The notes under the pieces are model-generated. The model was not told where the DNA came from. It searched no databases and saw only the letters and a program-made list of their open reading frames with translations. A DNA stretch of 64,000 nucleotides from Nannocystis pusilla (GTDB lineage: Bacteria; Myxococcota_A; Polyangia; Nannocystales; Nannocystaceae), in the NCBI RefSeq assembly GCF_049060185.1, contig NZ_JBMEQO010000002.1, one strand, 5' to 3'. Made by a program: the position numbers and the translations under genes. How positions within the stretch are numbered: the first letter of the stretch is position 1; the number at the start of each line of letters is the position of its first letter. Shown piece after piece: positions 44,338 through 54,452 of the stretch.

Positions 44338-45447
44338 TCCTCGGTTGGTTGGCGCTATCCACGTTGCACTCGATCGGCTGCGCGAAGGCGGCGGTCGCCA
44401 GTCCGGCCGCGACGCCGCCGACCTCCGGCGGGCCGCAGATGGCAGTGCCGAAGGCGCCGCCGCCGAGAGGGCCGGACGGGCCGATCACGGCGGCGGAGCG
44501 CGACGAGGCGGTCGAGGCGCTGGCGCGCGAGCTGACGGCGAAGTACGTGTTCCCGGACAAGGCGAACGAGGTGGCCAGGGCGATCCGCGCCCGCCGCAAG
44601 CGCGGCGAGTACGACAAGATCACGACGGGCCACGCGCTGGCGACGACGCTGACGAACGACATCAACGCGGTGCTGCGCGACGCGCACTTCCACGTCCGCT
44701 TCAGCAAGGGACGCTGCCGCCGCAAGAGACGGAGGGAAGCCGTCGGCCGAGGAGCTGGCCCGCTTCGAGGACTTCTCGCGCCGCATGAACGGGGGATTCG
44801 AAAGGTCGAGCGGCTGCCCGGCAACATCGGCTACCTGGAAGTGCGCGGGTTCGCGTTTCCGGCCGCGGCTTCGAGGCGGCGGCGGCGGCGATGGCGTTCC
44901 TGGCGGAGACCGACGCGCTGATCATCGACCTGCGCCGCAACGGGGGCGGGTCGCCGGAGATGGTGGCGTACCTGTGCAGCTACCTGTTCGACGAGCCGGT
45001 CCACCTGAACGACCTGTACTTCCGGCCAGCCAACGAGACGCGCCAGTTCTGGACGTCACCGGTGCCGGGCAAGTCGTACGTGGGCCGCGAGGTCTACGTG
45101 CTGACGAGCCCGCGCACGGGCTCGGCGGCGGAGGAGTTCGCGTACAACCTGAAGAACCTGAAGCGGGCGACGATCGTCGGCGAGGTGACGTGGGGCGGGG
45201 CGAACCCGGGCGACATGGTCCGCCTCGGCGATCACTTCAGGGCGTTCGTGCCGACGGGCCGGGCGATAAACCCGGTCTCGAAGACGAACTGGGAGGGGTG
45301 GGCGTGCAACCCGACATCGCAGTGCCAGCCGAGGACGCGCTGCGGGTGGTCCAGGTCAAGCTGATCGAGCAGCAGATCGCCAAGGCGACGGAGCCGGAGC
45401 TGAAGGCGGAGCTGGAGGAGCGGCTCGGCGAGCTGCAGCCGAAGTGA
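44319..45447 (+). CDS. S41-family peptidase (C-terminal-processing/tricorn-interacting-like), with at least two frameshifts.
   Basis: A signal peptide (MRLSTVILGWLALSTLHSIGC) is followed by S41 core motifs (IIDLRRNGGGS, TSPRTGSAAEEFAYNLKNLKRATIVGEVTWGG) spread over ORFs 44319.., 44891.. and 44785..45447. Confidence 0.75.
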
Positions 45448-45653
45448 GGCGGGGGTGATAGGGGTCGATGGGACATGCCCGAGAGGACATGCGCCATGGG
45501 CGTGGCAAACTTCTGGGACATGTCCTGGAGGACATTTCCGAAGAGACAGAGTCGAACGTCCGCGCGATGCTCTCGTGGACAGCCCACGGGCGCGGCAGCC
45601 TGTCGAGACATGTCTGCATGGACATGCTCGATGGGACAGACAATGAGAGGCGC

Positions 45654-46417
45654 TCACATGGCGAGCTGGGCGCCGTCGATCGCCAGGGAGTGGCCGGAGA
45701 TGAAGGCGGCGTCGTCGCTGCTGAGCCAGGCGATCGCCCGGCCGACCTCGTCGGCGCGCCCGGGCGGCCCATCGGGATGGCGGAGATGACGGGCTCCATG
45801 ACCGCGGGGAAGTTCGCCAGGGCGTTGTCGACCATCGGCGTGCCGGTGATGGCGGTCGGGGCGACGCAGTTGACGCGGATGCCCTGCTTGGCGTGACCGA
45901 GGGCGGCCGAGCGGGTGATGCCGAGGACTGCGTGCTTGGTGGCGACGTAGGCCGAACCGGTGGGGGTGCCGACGTGGGAGAGGATCGAGGCGACGTTGAC
46001 GATGCTGCCGCCGCCGCCCTGCGCGACCATCTGCTTCAGCTGGTGCTTCATGCCGAGGAGGGTGCCGCGGACGTTGACGGCCATCATGCGATCGAAGGCG
46101 GCGCCGTCGACGTCGGTGACGGGGCCGAAGTCCTCGCAGATGCCGGCGGAGTTGACCGCGCAGTCGAGGCGGCCGAACTCGGCGACGGTGGCGGCGACGC
46201 CGGCGATGATGTCGTCCTCGACGGTGACGTCGAGCGGGACGAAGATCGCAGGGGTCCCGCGAGCGCGCAGCTGCTCGACGACGTCGAGCCCCTCGGCCCG
46301 CCGACGCGCGGCGACCACGACCCTGGCCCCGGCGTCGGCGAAGGCGAAGGCGGTGGCCTTGCCGATGCCCGGATTGCCGCCGACGATCAGCGCGACCTTG
46401 TCTCGCAACGAACCCAT
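45654..46417 (-). CDS. Short-chain dehydrogenase/reductase (SDR) family oxidoreductase; the C-terminus shifts between ORFs 45356..46462 and 45654..46979, with one frameshift.
   Basis: A Rossmann motif (KVALIVGGNPGIGKATAFAFA) and the catalytic region (…NVASILSHVGTPTGSAYVATKHAVLGITRSAALGHA…, YxxxK) lie in ORF 45356..46462. The C-terminal part (…AIAWLSSDDAAFISGHSLAIDGAQLAM) is in ORF 45654... Confidence 0.8.
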
Positions 46418-46554
46418 GCTGCGAGCATAACCAAAGGCGCGGGCGATTCCGCGGCGCGGCAACGCTCGCGGGAGCGCGAGGCGGAGAGGTCTCCACGCGC
46501 GACGTCTCGGTCCTCGACGCGGGGCACGAGGGCGGGCTGCAGGGGCGTGGCCGG

Positions 46555-46979
46555 TCAGCGCGGGCCGGAGGTCGGCTCGACGCGGACGCAGGTGCCCGCG
46601 GCGCCCTCGCGGACGAACTTGGCCAGCAGCGCCTCCATCTCGACGCGGGTGCCCTGGGCGAGGGCGTCGAGGCGCGTGCGGGCGACGGCGGGCGGAGGCC
46701 CAGAGTGTCGCGGAGGGCCCGCAGGACGCGGATCGGTCGCGGGCCGAGGCCGGTGAGGCGGACGATCCACGAGCCGTTGGTGGCCAGCACGGCGGCCCGC
46801 GCGGCCGAGTCGCCGGCGTTGCTGTCCGACTCGAGCGAGAGGCCGCAGGCGAGGCAGCGGATCGCGGTGGACCAACGGACCCCGTCGTCGCGGCGGGCGA
46901 CGGTGTGATGCACAGTCACGCCGGTGCCGCACTGGGGACACCGGGCGGACGTGGTCGCGTGTTCACGCGTGACCGACAC
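46555..46979 (-). CDS. Small zinc-ribbon hypothetical protein, with one frameshift.
   Basis: MSVTREHATTSARCPQCGTGVTVHHTVARRDDGVRWSTAIRCLACGLSLE… contains CPxCG…CLACG (a Zn ribbon) and continues into ORF 46555..46941 (…RLDALAQGTRVEMEALLAKFVREGAAGTCVRVEPTSGPR). Confidence 0.45.
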
Positions 46980-46983
46980 GGTG

Positions 46984-47760
46984 CTAGGGCGCGGGGACGG
47001 GCTCGGCCCCGAGGTCGCGGGCGAGGTCGGCGAGCTCGCCGATCGGGACCTGCAGCGCGGGCAGACGGGTGATGTCGGCCCGCGCGGCCTGGGCGATCGA
47101 CTCGCTGGCGCGCATGATGAGGCCGCCGTGGGCGTCGGCGACGACGGTGTAGCCGGCCTTCCGCAGGCGGGCGAGCCGGGCCTGGGCGGCGGGGGTGAGG
47201 TCGGTGGCGGTGATGCGCAGGGAGGGCACGCGGCCGGGCCAGAGGGCGGCGAGGTAGGCGGTGATCCGCGGCGGGTAGACGACGCCGCCGGCTGTCTTTT
47301 CGTTCAGGTGGACGTCGACCAGGGCGGGGTAGCCGTGCACGTCGCAGCGGACCGCCCCGTGCAAGTGGCTGGTCCACATCGCCTCGGGGCTGACAGGCGC
47401 GGGCCACAGGCGATCGAACCACGCGGCGATGGCGTCGTAGCTGGGGAGGCGCTGGCCGCCGAGGGCGTCGCCGAGGCGCTGGACCTCGGCGCCGAACCGC
47501 TCGCCGCGCTCCTCCCGGCGCAGGCGCAGGAGGACGGCGAGGACGGCGATCGGGGCGGCGACGTACCACAGGCCGAACAGCAGCAGGCCGCCGCAGACGA
47601 TGGCGGCGAACAGGAGGCCGAGGCCGCCGTCGCGGACTTGCTGCTGGCGCCGCTCGTCGGCGTGGCGGGCCAGGAGGGCGCGACGGGCGACCGCGAGGGC
47701 GCTGGCGGGGATCCGCCCCTCGGGCTCGGGGCCGGCGGCGTCGCGGCGATCGGGGAGGAA
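46984..47760 (-). CDS. Hypothetical membrane protein; this is the protein-like C-terminal part of ORF 46984..49137, and the true start is unknown.
   Basis: …LGLLFAAIVCGGLLLFGLWYVAAPIAVLAVLL… is a TM segment within a well-formed protein-like sequence. The upstream part of the same ORF (47980-48310) is the palindromic tandem array, so whether the N-terminal CPHC…CPAC region (about 48560-48860) belongs to the same gene cannot be decided from sequence alone. Confidence 0.4.
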   Translation of the reverse strand, partial: FLPDRRDAAGPEPEGRIPASALAVARRALLARHADERRQQQVRDGGLGLLFAAIVCGGLLLFGLWYVAAPIAVLAVLLRLRREERGERFGAEVQRLGDALGGQRLPSYDAIAAWFDRLWPAPVSPEAMWTSHLHGAVRCDVHGYPALVDVHLNEKTAGGVVYPPRITAYLAALWPGRVPSLRITATDLTPAAQARLARLRKAGYTVVADAHGGLIMRASESIAQAARADITRLPALQVPIGELADLARDLGAEPVPAP

Positions 47761-48114
47761 GGAGCGAACGGCGGCGATCAGCTCCTGGGTCGCGGGGGAC
47801 GGCGGGCGGTCGGCGGGCTCGCGCACCGCGGCGACCACAAGCGGCGCCTCGGCCAGACCGCCGGGCGGGGCCGCCAGCCCGCCGTGGCGGAGGGCGTGCT
47901 GAGGCTGGCGCCGGAGCGGTTGGAGAGGATGGCCAGGAGCGAGGAGTTCGACGGGTTCACCGCGGCGCCCGGGAGGGTGTCGCTGGCGGTCGTGCGCGCG
48001 GCCGGGTCGCGGGCGAGGCTGGCCCGAGGCCAGGTGCCTGCTCGCGCGGGGCGGGCAAGGGGCCGGACAGCGCGGCGGGGTCGAAGCCGGGGGCGACCGC
48101 GGCGAGCGGGGCCG

Positions 48115-48300
48115 GCGATCTGTCCGCAGGGACAGGTGACGGGCGGAGGCTGTCCGCGAGGACAGGTGAATTCCGACTGTCCGCGGGGACAGGTGGAGAT
48201 GGCGCGTCCGCGAGGTCGAGGTTCCGGCTGTCCGATAGGGCAGGTTGGAATCGGGTGTCCGTGGGGACAGGTAGGCTGTCCGTGGGGACAGGTGCGTCGA
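48115..48300. repeat. Tight tandem array of about 7 copies (period ~20-30 bp) of the palindromic unit (C)TGTCCGNGGGGACAGGTG.
   Basis: Units lie at 48121, 48151, 48178, 48229, 48257 and 48277, plus a degenerate copy at about 48205. Each is an inverted repeat TGTCC-N5-GGACA followed by GGTG. Because of the array, the plus-strand ORF reads CPxGQV hexapeptide repeats and the minus strand HLSPRT repeats. Confidence 0.85.
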
Positions 48301-49196
48301 CGGGCAGGGACAGCGGGGCCGGCTCCGGCGCGGCGTCGTGGCCGTGGGCGGCCAGGCCCGGGGCCAGCTCGGCCGACAGGGTGCCGCGGCGGGCGTCGGC
48401 CCAGCGGCCGGGGCGGGGCCTTGCAAGGTGTCGCCGGGCTCGGGAGCGGCGAGCGGAGAAGTGCTGTCCCTCAGGACAGGTCGCACGGGGGCCGGGACGG
48501 CGGGCGGCGGGGCCGGGCCGATCGAGAGCAGGGTGGTCGGCGGGACGGGAGCGGCGAGCAGCCTGGCCGAGGGGCCGGGCTGGTGGCGGGCGTGGAGCCG
48601 CGGGCTCGGCGGCGGGGCCTCGAGGTCGGGTTCGGGGCTGACCTTCGGGACAGGTGCGCTGTGGACCAGGTCGCTGACTGCCTGCTGGATCGCCCGCTCG
48701 TAGAGGGCCAGGGCGTCGGCGACGGCCGGCGGCAAGCCGTGGGGCTGCCGGCACGCAGGGCAGTCGGCGGCGTCGCGGAGGTCGGCGAGCGAGAGCGCGT
48801 GCTGGCAATGCGGGCAGCGCAACGCGAGCGTCGGAGAGAGCACGGCGGGACCATACCGCAGAACACGGGCGGCGCACCGGCCTGCGGGCGCGGGCGTGGG
48901 CGCGCAGGCGGAGGGAGCGGCCGGGGATGACGACAGCCGGCGTCGGCGGCGAGATCGCCGAGCGGGCTCGTCGGTGGCGCGACGGTGCCGAGCGCGGTCG
49001 AGATCGCGGCCGGGCGCGTGACGAGATCGACAGGGACGGGCGGTGACGGCGGTCCGCGAGCGGAGGACGGGGCGGGACGCAGTTCGTGGCCACGGCCCGG
49101 CGGCGGCGCTCTGCGAGCGCTGGCGGCCCGGGGCCACGAATCGGTCGCAGGCGGCGCCGGGCGCGGGCGAGGATGCGCGCGGCGGCGACTCGCGGT

Positions 49197-51853
49197 ATGA
49201 GGAGGCGCCGCGCGCGACCGGCGGGCGGCGAGCTTACCGTGCCCGATCTGCCCGTCTCGCCTCCTTCGCCCCGCGGCCTCGATCTCCCCGGCGCCGCCAC
49301 TCAATTCGCGCCGCTCGTCGACGAGCGGCTGGCCAACGGCGCCCGCCTGTTGATCCTGCCGGGGCGACCGGCCGGCGCGGGGCCGGCGGCGGTGCAGCTG
49401 TGGGTCGGCTCGGGCACGGCCGCCGAGCGGGAGGACGAGCACGGCTGCGCCCACCTGCTCGAGCACATGCTCTTCAAGCCATGTGTTTTGGGACATGGCC
49501 CGAAGAGCAACCGCGCGCGCCTGGCGGCGGCCGGGGTGCGGCGGACCGAGGAGGCGTTCGACCTGGCGGGCGCGATCGAGGCGCTCGGCGGCGACATCAA
49601 CGCGTTCACCAGCCACGACGAGACGGTGGTCCACGTGACGACGCCGGCGGCCCGCGCGGCCGAGGCGGCGGCGCTGGTGGCCACCGCGACGCTGTTCCCG
49701 ACGCTCGACCCGGCCACTCTGGGGCAGGAGCGCGAGGTGGTGATCGAGGAGATCAAGCAGTACGACGACGACCCTGGCCAGCGGGTGACGCAGGCGGCGC
49801 TGTCGCGGGTGTACGGGGCGCACGCGTACGCGCGGCCGGTGCTCGGCCTGGCGGAGGAGGTCGCGGGGCACTCGGCGGCGCGACTACGCGGGTATCACCG
49901 GCGGGCCTACGCGGGCGAGCGGCTGACTCTGGTGGCGGTCGGGGCGGTCGACGTGGCGGCGCTGCGCAAGGTGGCGCGGGCGATCGTCGGCGCCCTGCCG
50001 GCGGCCAAGGGGCGCGCGAAGGCGGGCGAGCCGGCGGCGAAGCCGGGGTGACGCTGCGCCGCGCCGAGGTCCAGGAGACCTACGCGCTGCTGGCCTGGCC
50101 GGCCCCGGCGGCGGGCGCGGCGGAAGCGGCGGCGATCGACGCGGCGGCGGTGGTGCTCGGCAACGGGGAGTCGTCGCGCCTGGTCGCCGAGACACGTCGC
50201 AAAGAACAGGTCGTTTCGGACATCCAGGCCCACTGCGACACGCTGCGGCACGGCGGCACGGTGATGGTGTCGGCGCGCACGACCGCGAACCAGACGGCGG
50301 CGGCGGTGGCGGCGGTGCTGGCCCAGGTGCGGCGGCTGGCGGACGCGCCGGTGTCGACCGAGGAGCTGGCGCGGGCCAAGGCGATCCTCGAGAGCGACCT
50401 GGTGTACCGGCGCGAGACGGTGCAGGGCCAGGCGCACGCGCTCGGGGCCTGCGCGACGCTGTTCGGCGACCTGGCCCGCGAGCGCGAGTACTACGCGGCC
50501 CTGGCGGCGCTGACGCCCGAGGCGGTCCGCTCGGCCTGCGCCCGCTGGCTCGACCCGGCGCGCGCGAGCGTCAGCCTGGAGCTGCCGCGCGCGGAGGTGG
50601 ATGTCCCAACGGCCAGGTCGCTCAAGGCCGCGGTGGCCGAGGCGCTGAAGCCGGCGCCGACGCCGGGGCGCGCCGGGGCGACGCCGCGGCGGGCCAGCGA
50701 CGGCATCGAGACGGTGACGCTGGCGTGCGGGCTGCGCCTGCTGGCGCGCGTCGAGCCGGCGGTGCCGGTGGCGGCGGGCTGGCTGATCTGGCCGGGCGGG
50801 CTGCGGCGCGAGCCGGCGGCGCTGGCCGGCGCGAACTCGGTGATCGCGGCGCTGCTCACCCGCGGCAACGCCCGCACCGGCGGCGAGGCGCTGAGCCGGG
50901 CGATCGACGGGATGGCCGCGGGGCTCGACGGCTTCGCCGGGCGCAACAGCCTGGGCCTGCACTTCGAGTGCCTGAGCCGCCACTTCCCGGCGGTGCTCGG
51001 GCACGCGCTCGACTGCGCGACCACGCCGAAGTTCGCGGCCGACGAGCTCGAGGAGGAGCGGCGGGTGGCGCTGCAGGATCTGGCGGCCGAGGTCGACGAT
51101 CCGGGCGCGGTGGCCAGCCGCGGGCTGAACGCGCTGCTGTACGGCGAGCACCCGTTCAGCCGCCCGGGCCGCGGCACGCCGGCCGGGCTGCGGGCGCTGA
51201 CGCCGGCCAAGCTGCGCGGGCTGTGGCGCCGCGACTACCCGATCGGGCAGGCGGTGCTGGCCCTGGCCGGCGACATCGACGTGGCGGCCGCGGCGGCCCA
51301 GGTCGAGGCGGCGCTGCGTGAGGCTGGCCTCGGGGACAGGCTGTCTGAAGGGCCAGGTGCGCCGAAGAAGTTCGCGGCGCCGACCGGGCCGCGCGAGCGC
51401 GAGATCTTCCAGGACCGCGAGCAGGCCCACATCGCCCTCGGCTGGCCGGGCATCGCCGTCGGCGACGAGCGCGAGCCGACCCTCGACGTGCTCAGCGCGG
51501 TGCTCGGCGGGCAGACCGGGCGCCTGTTCACGGCGCTGCGCGAGGTCCAGGGGCTGGTGTACGAGGTGTCGATGAGCAGCGTCGAGGGCCTCGACGCCGG
51601 CCACGTGGCGATCCACGCGTCGACGAGCCAAGACAAGCTGCCGAAGGCGATGGCCGCGATCGCGGCGGAGGTCGAGCGTGCGGTGCGAGAGCCGCCGTCG
51701 GCGGCGGAGGTCGAGCGGGCCAAGGCGTGGCTGGTCGGCCAGTTCGAGCTCGGCCAGCAGCGCCGCAGCCGGATGGCGTCGCTGCTGGCGCTGTCCGAGG
51801 TCTACGGGCTGCCGCGCGCGCGTTCGCGTACCCGCAGCGGGTGGCGGCGGTGA
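49197..51853 (+). CDS. M16-family (pitrilysin-like) zinc metallopeptidase with tandem two-half architecture, carrying one or two frameshifts.
   Basis: The inverted zinc motif HLLEHMLFK sits in ORF 49086.., followed by the typical M16 fold sequence (…GGDINAFTSHDETV…). The second M16-like half lies in ORF 49043..51853 (…RLLARVEPAVPVAAGWLIWPGG…). A 22-bp palindrome (49488-49509) lies just after the zinc motif and encodes an extra CVLGHGP. Confidence 0.8.
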
Positions 51854-52011
51854 CCGCCGAGGGGTTTGGGCGCTGGCGAGGACGCTGTTCCGCCCGCAAC
51901 GCGCGGCCCGCTGCGTGGTCCGGGCGCGCCGGCGCAAGGGCTGAGCCTGGGCCTGTCCTTCGAGGCATGTGGCGAGTGCCATGTCCTCGAGGACATGGCA
52001 CTCGGGCCAAG

Positions 52012-52488
52012 TCATTCGTCGTCGTCCGGATCGGCGGCGGGCTCGGCGACCGAGCGCGCGCCGGCGACCGTGAGGTACTCGTCGCGGTCGCGCAGGCGGT
52101 CGACCCGCAGGTCGCCGCCGACGTAGAACTCGGTCTCGAAGATGGCGAGCTCGCGGGCGACCAGGTCGCCGAGGACGATGGCGCACATCAGCCGGTCGGA
52201 CACGCAGAGGTCGCCGCGCACGGTGAGGCTGCCGGTGACGACGATGGTGCCGATGTCGTCGGGGGCGGCGGCGAGCTGCAGCTGCGACCAGTGCTCGTCG
52301 CCGAACCAGGCGTCGCCCTCGACGGTGAGGTCGCCCTCGTAGACGGCGCAGGCGCAGCCGTAGCGGCCGCCCGAGGCGAGGCGGGCGAAGGTGCCGTGGC
52401 GGCGATCGAGCTCGGCTTCGCTGATGACGACAGGCTTCAGCACGCGGCGAGTCTGGCACGCGGCGGGGGCGCTGTCATGGGGGGACAT
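52012..52488 (-). CDS. Hypothetical protein.
   Basis: MSPHDSAPAACQTRRVLKPVVISEAELDRRHGTFARLASGGRYGCACAVYEGDLTVEGDAWFGDEHWSQ…DPDDDE is a clean frame, protein-like, with an acidic tail. The start ATG lies inside GCCATGTCCCC and is preceded by GACATGTTTCATAAAACATGTTCAT. Confidence 0.5.
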   Translation of the reverse strand: MSPHDSAPAACQTRRVLKPVVISEAELDRRHGTFARLASGGRYGCACAVYEGDLTVEGDAWFGDEHWSQLQLAAAPDDIGTIVVTGSLTVRGDLCVSDRLMCAIVLGDLVARELAIFETEFYVGGDLRVDRLRDRDEYLTVAGARSVAEPAADPDDDE

Positions 52489-52646
52489 GGCATGATGAAC
52501 ATGTTTTATGAAACATGTCTCATAGGTCATGAGGTAGCCGGCAGTGCGCGGCTCGTGGACGGTGCGTGTCGAGCGGGCGAGCTGCGTCCCGCGGCTGGTC
52601 GATGGCGCCGGCGTCCAGAGTCGACGTTCTTTTAAGAGAGCTGTCC

Positions 52647-52862
52647 TCAGGGCCAGTCGTCGAGGTCGAGGCCGCGGGCCAGCTCGGCGTCGCCGGCCAG
52701 CAGATCGCGCAGGGTCGCCTCGCGCACGCCGAGGGCGCGGGCGCCGGCGCTCACGCTGCACTGGGCTGCCAGGACCGCCCGGACCTCGCGGCGGAAGGCG
52801 AGCGGGTCGGCGCGGCGGAGGGCCAGGAGCAACGGCTCGCGGGGCTCGGCGGGCAGGGTCAC
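52647..52862 (-). CDS. Small Fis-type HTH protein (71 aa).
   Basis: …AAQCSVSAGARALGVREATLRDLLAG… resembles the C-terminal Fis-type HTH of enhancer-binding proteins. It is a small stand-alone ORF in a single frame. Confidence 0.45.
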   Translation of the reverse strand: MTLPAEPREPLLLALRRADPLAFRREVRAVLAAQCSVSAGARALGVREATLRDLLAGDAELARGLDLDDWP

Positions 52863-53006
52863 GCGCGAGGACTGTAGCGCTTGTCGCGGCCGTGGCGGAG
52901 CGTGCCGAAGCAGAGGCCGTGGCGCTCGTCGCAGCGGGGACGCGCGGGCCGGAGGAGAGGCCGTGGCGCTTGTCGCGGCCGGGGCGGACGTGCTGAAGTG
53001 GTGTCG

Positions 53007-53622
53007 ATGCCGGGGCGACGGATCGACGCGTGGATGTTGCTGGGGCTGCTGCTGGGCGGGTGCGACCCGGCGAAGGAGAGGAGCTGGCGGCGGTGCGGGC
53101 GGAGCTGGCGGCGACGTCGGCGCTGGTCAAGGAGCAGGGGCAGCGGATCGAGTCGCTGACGAGCGAGCTGGCGAAGGCGCGGGCCGATCGGGTCCTGTGC
53201 GAGGTCGAACGGTCTCCGCCGCATGGGGCCGGCGACGCTCCGCCAGCGCCGGCGACGGACGCTCCGCTCGCAGGAGCGGCGACGCTGACGCCGACGTGCG
53301 CCGACGGGACCTGCGTGGTGAAGCGCAGCGAGCTCGAGGCGTTCATGGCGGCGCCCCAGGCGATGGCCCGGCTGGCGCGCGTGCTCCCGGCGATGGAAGA
53401 CGGCAAGGCGGTCGGCTTCAAGCTGTTTGCGATCCGCTCCGAGTCGCCGCTGGCGCTGCTGGGTTTTAAAATGGGGACCTGGTGCGCACCCTGGCCGGGC
53501 AAGCGGTGGGGGACATGGAGGCGTTGCTGCGCGCGTACTCGCAGCTGCGCACGCTCGACCGCTGGACGGTCACAGGCACGCGCAAGAGCGGGCCGTTCGA
53601 GGTGACGATCGCGGTGCAGTGA
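53007..53622 (+). CDS. Lipoprotein with a coiled-coil region and a C-terminal PDZ-like domain (GspC/PilP-like), with two frameshifts.
   Basis: MPGRRIDAWMLLGLLLGGC is a lipoprotein signal. A coiled-coil region follows (…LAAVRAELAATSALVKEQGQRIESLTSELAKARAD…), then a PDZ-like domain (…GKAVGFKLFAIRSESPLALLGFKMGDLVRTLAGQAVGDMEALL…GPFEVTIAVQ). Confidence 0.5.
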
Positions 53623-53714
53623 AGACTGTCCGAAGGGACAGGTGCGTGCGACGGGCCGTTCGGGGTGACGATCTCGGCACCATGAGAAGACTGTCCGAAG
53701 GGACAGGTGCGTGG
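53590..53714. repeat. Tandem duplication (2 x ~62 bp) covering the 3' end and stop codon of the preceding gene; each copy ends in the palindrome GACTGTCCGAAGGGACAGGTG.
   Basis: gggccgttcgaggtgacgatcgcggtgcagtgaagactgtccgaagggacaggtgcgtg is immediately followed by gggccgttcggggtgacgatctcggcaccatgagaagactgtccgaagggacaggtgcgtg. Confidence 0.8.
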
Positions 53715-53718
53715 GCCG

Positions 53719-53925
53719 TCACTTTGCGTCCGGGTCGAACTGGAACACGGCCTCGAGCGGGACGGTGAAGACGAGGGCGATCCGGAAGGCGACCTCGAGC
53801 GACGGGGCGTACTTGCCGCCCTCGATGGCGTTGACGGTCTGGCGGCTGACGCCGATCCTCTGGGCCAGCTCCTGCTGCGTCATCTCGCCGTGCTCGAAGC
53901 GGAGCTGGCGGATCCGGTTCTTCAC
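53719..53925 (-). CDS. XRE-family (Cro/C1-type, YozG-like) small HTH transcriptional regulator.
   Basis: VKNRIRQLRFEHGEMTQQELAQRIGVSRQTVNAIEGGKYAPSLEVAFRIALVFTVPLEAVFQFDPDAK is a canonical ~70-aa HTH_XRE. It lies directly downstream of, and co-directional with, a DUF2975-like membrane protein gene. Confidence 0.75.
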   Translation of the reverse strand: MKNRIRQLRFEHGEMTQQELAQRIGVSRQTVNAIEGGKYAPSLEVAFRIALVFTVPLEAVFQFDPDAK

Positions 53926-53948
53926 GCTGCCGTGCGCGGGCTCCACGG

Positions 53949-54400
53949 TTACATCCCGCGCCGGTAGTAGACGAGCTGCAGCGCGAGGCGGGCGAGCTCC
54001 GACAGGTACAGCGACAGCAGCAACAGGTGGGCGACCCACACCGGCTCGACCGCGACGACGAGGGCGCCGATGGCCCCGATCACGCCGGTGGCGAGGATCC
54101 AGCCGGTGCGGCTCTCTGCGCGCCCCTCGATCTCGCGGTCGCGGACGTCGGCCGGCTCGGGGCGGCCGACGAGCGCGGCGACGAGGTGACCGCCGACGAG
54201 GAGCGCCACCAGCAGCACGACTGCGACCACGAACACGCCGGCGAAGGCCGGCAAAATCGTGATACCGCGGGCCAGCATCCAGCCGGCGACGACGAAGTAG
54301 GCGCCCAGCGCGAAGGCGACGCCGATCAGCTGGATCCAGACGCTCTTCTCCTCGAACGAGGCGCTCAAGCGCGCCTCACCCGTGACAGCTCGGCTTGACA
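53949..54400 (-). CDS. DUF2975-like multi-pass membrane protein, partner of the XRE regulator.
   Basis: MSSRAVTGEARLSASFEEKSVWIQLIGVAFALGAYFVVAGWMLARGITILPAFAGVFVVAVVLLVALLVGGHLVAAL… contains about four TM helices. Gene order is the same as the Bacillus yozG-yoaS-type pairs. Confidence 0.6.
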
Positions 54401-54452
54401 TGATGTCAAAGATACGCGACACGGACACGATGTCAAGCTGGCTTGACATGAC
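54385..54452. promoter_or_regulatory. Two palindromic candidate operator sites (TTGACATGATGTCAA and TGTCAAGCTGGCTTGACA) at and upstream of the membrane/XRE operon start.
   Basis: In gcttgacatgatgtcaaagatacgcgacacggacacgatgtcaagctggcttgacatgacg, the first palindrome overlaps the ATG of the membrane protein gene. The shared half-site is TTGACA/TGTCAA. Confidence 0.55.

Noticed and set aside
48115-48300. Plus-strand ORF encoding repeated CPxGQV hexapeptides, and minus-strand HLSPRT repeats, across the tandem palindrome array. Similar artefacts occur at 29.1-29.7 kb (…AVPGDRC… / HLSPGT) and 60.0-60.13 kb (GPRDMSAG).
   Set aside because: The peptide periodicity is produced by reading TGT-CCN-NNN-GGA-CAG-GTG. 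Units fall in different frames, the codons used are atypical for the genome (ACA, GGG), and the same DNA unit recurs in unrelated loci. This is DNA-level repetition, not a conserved protein repeat.
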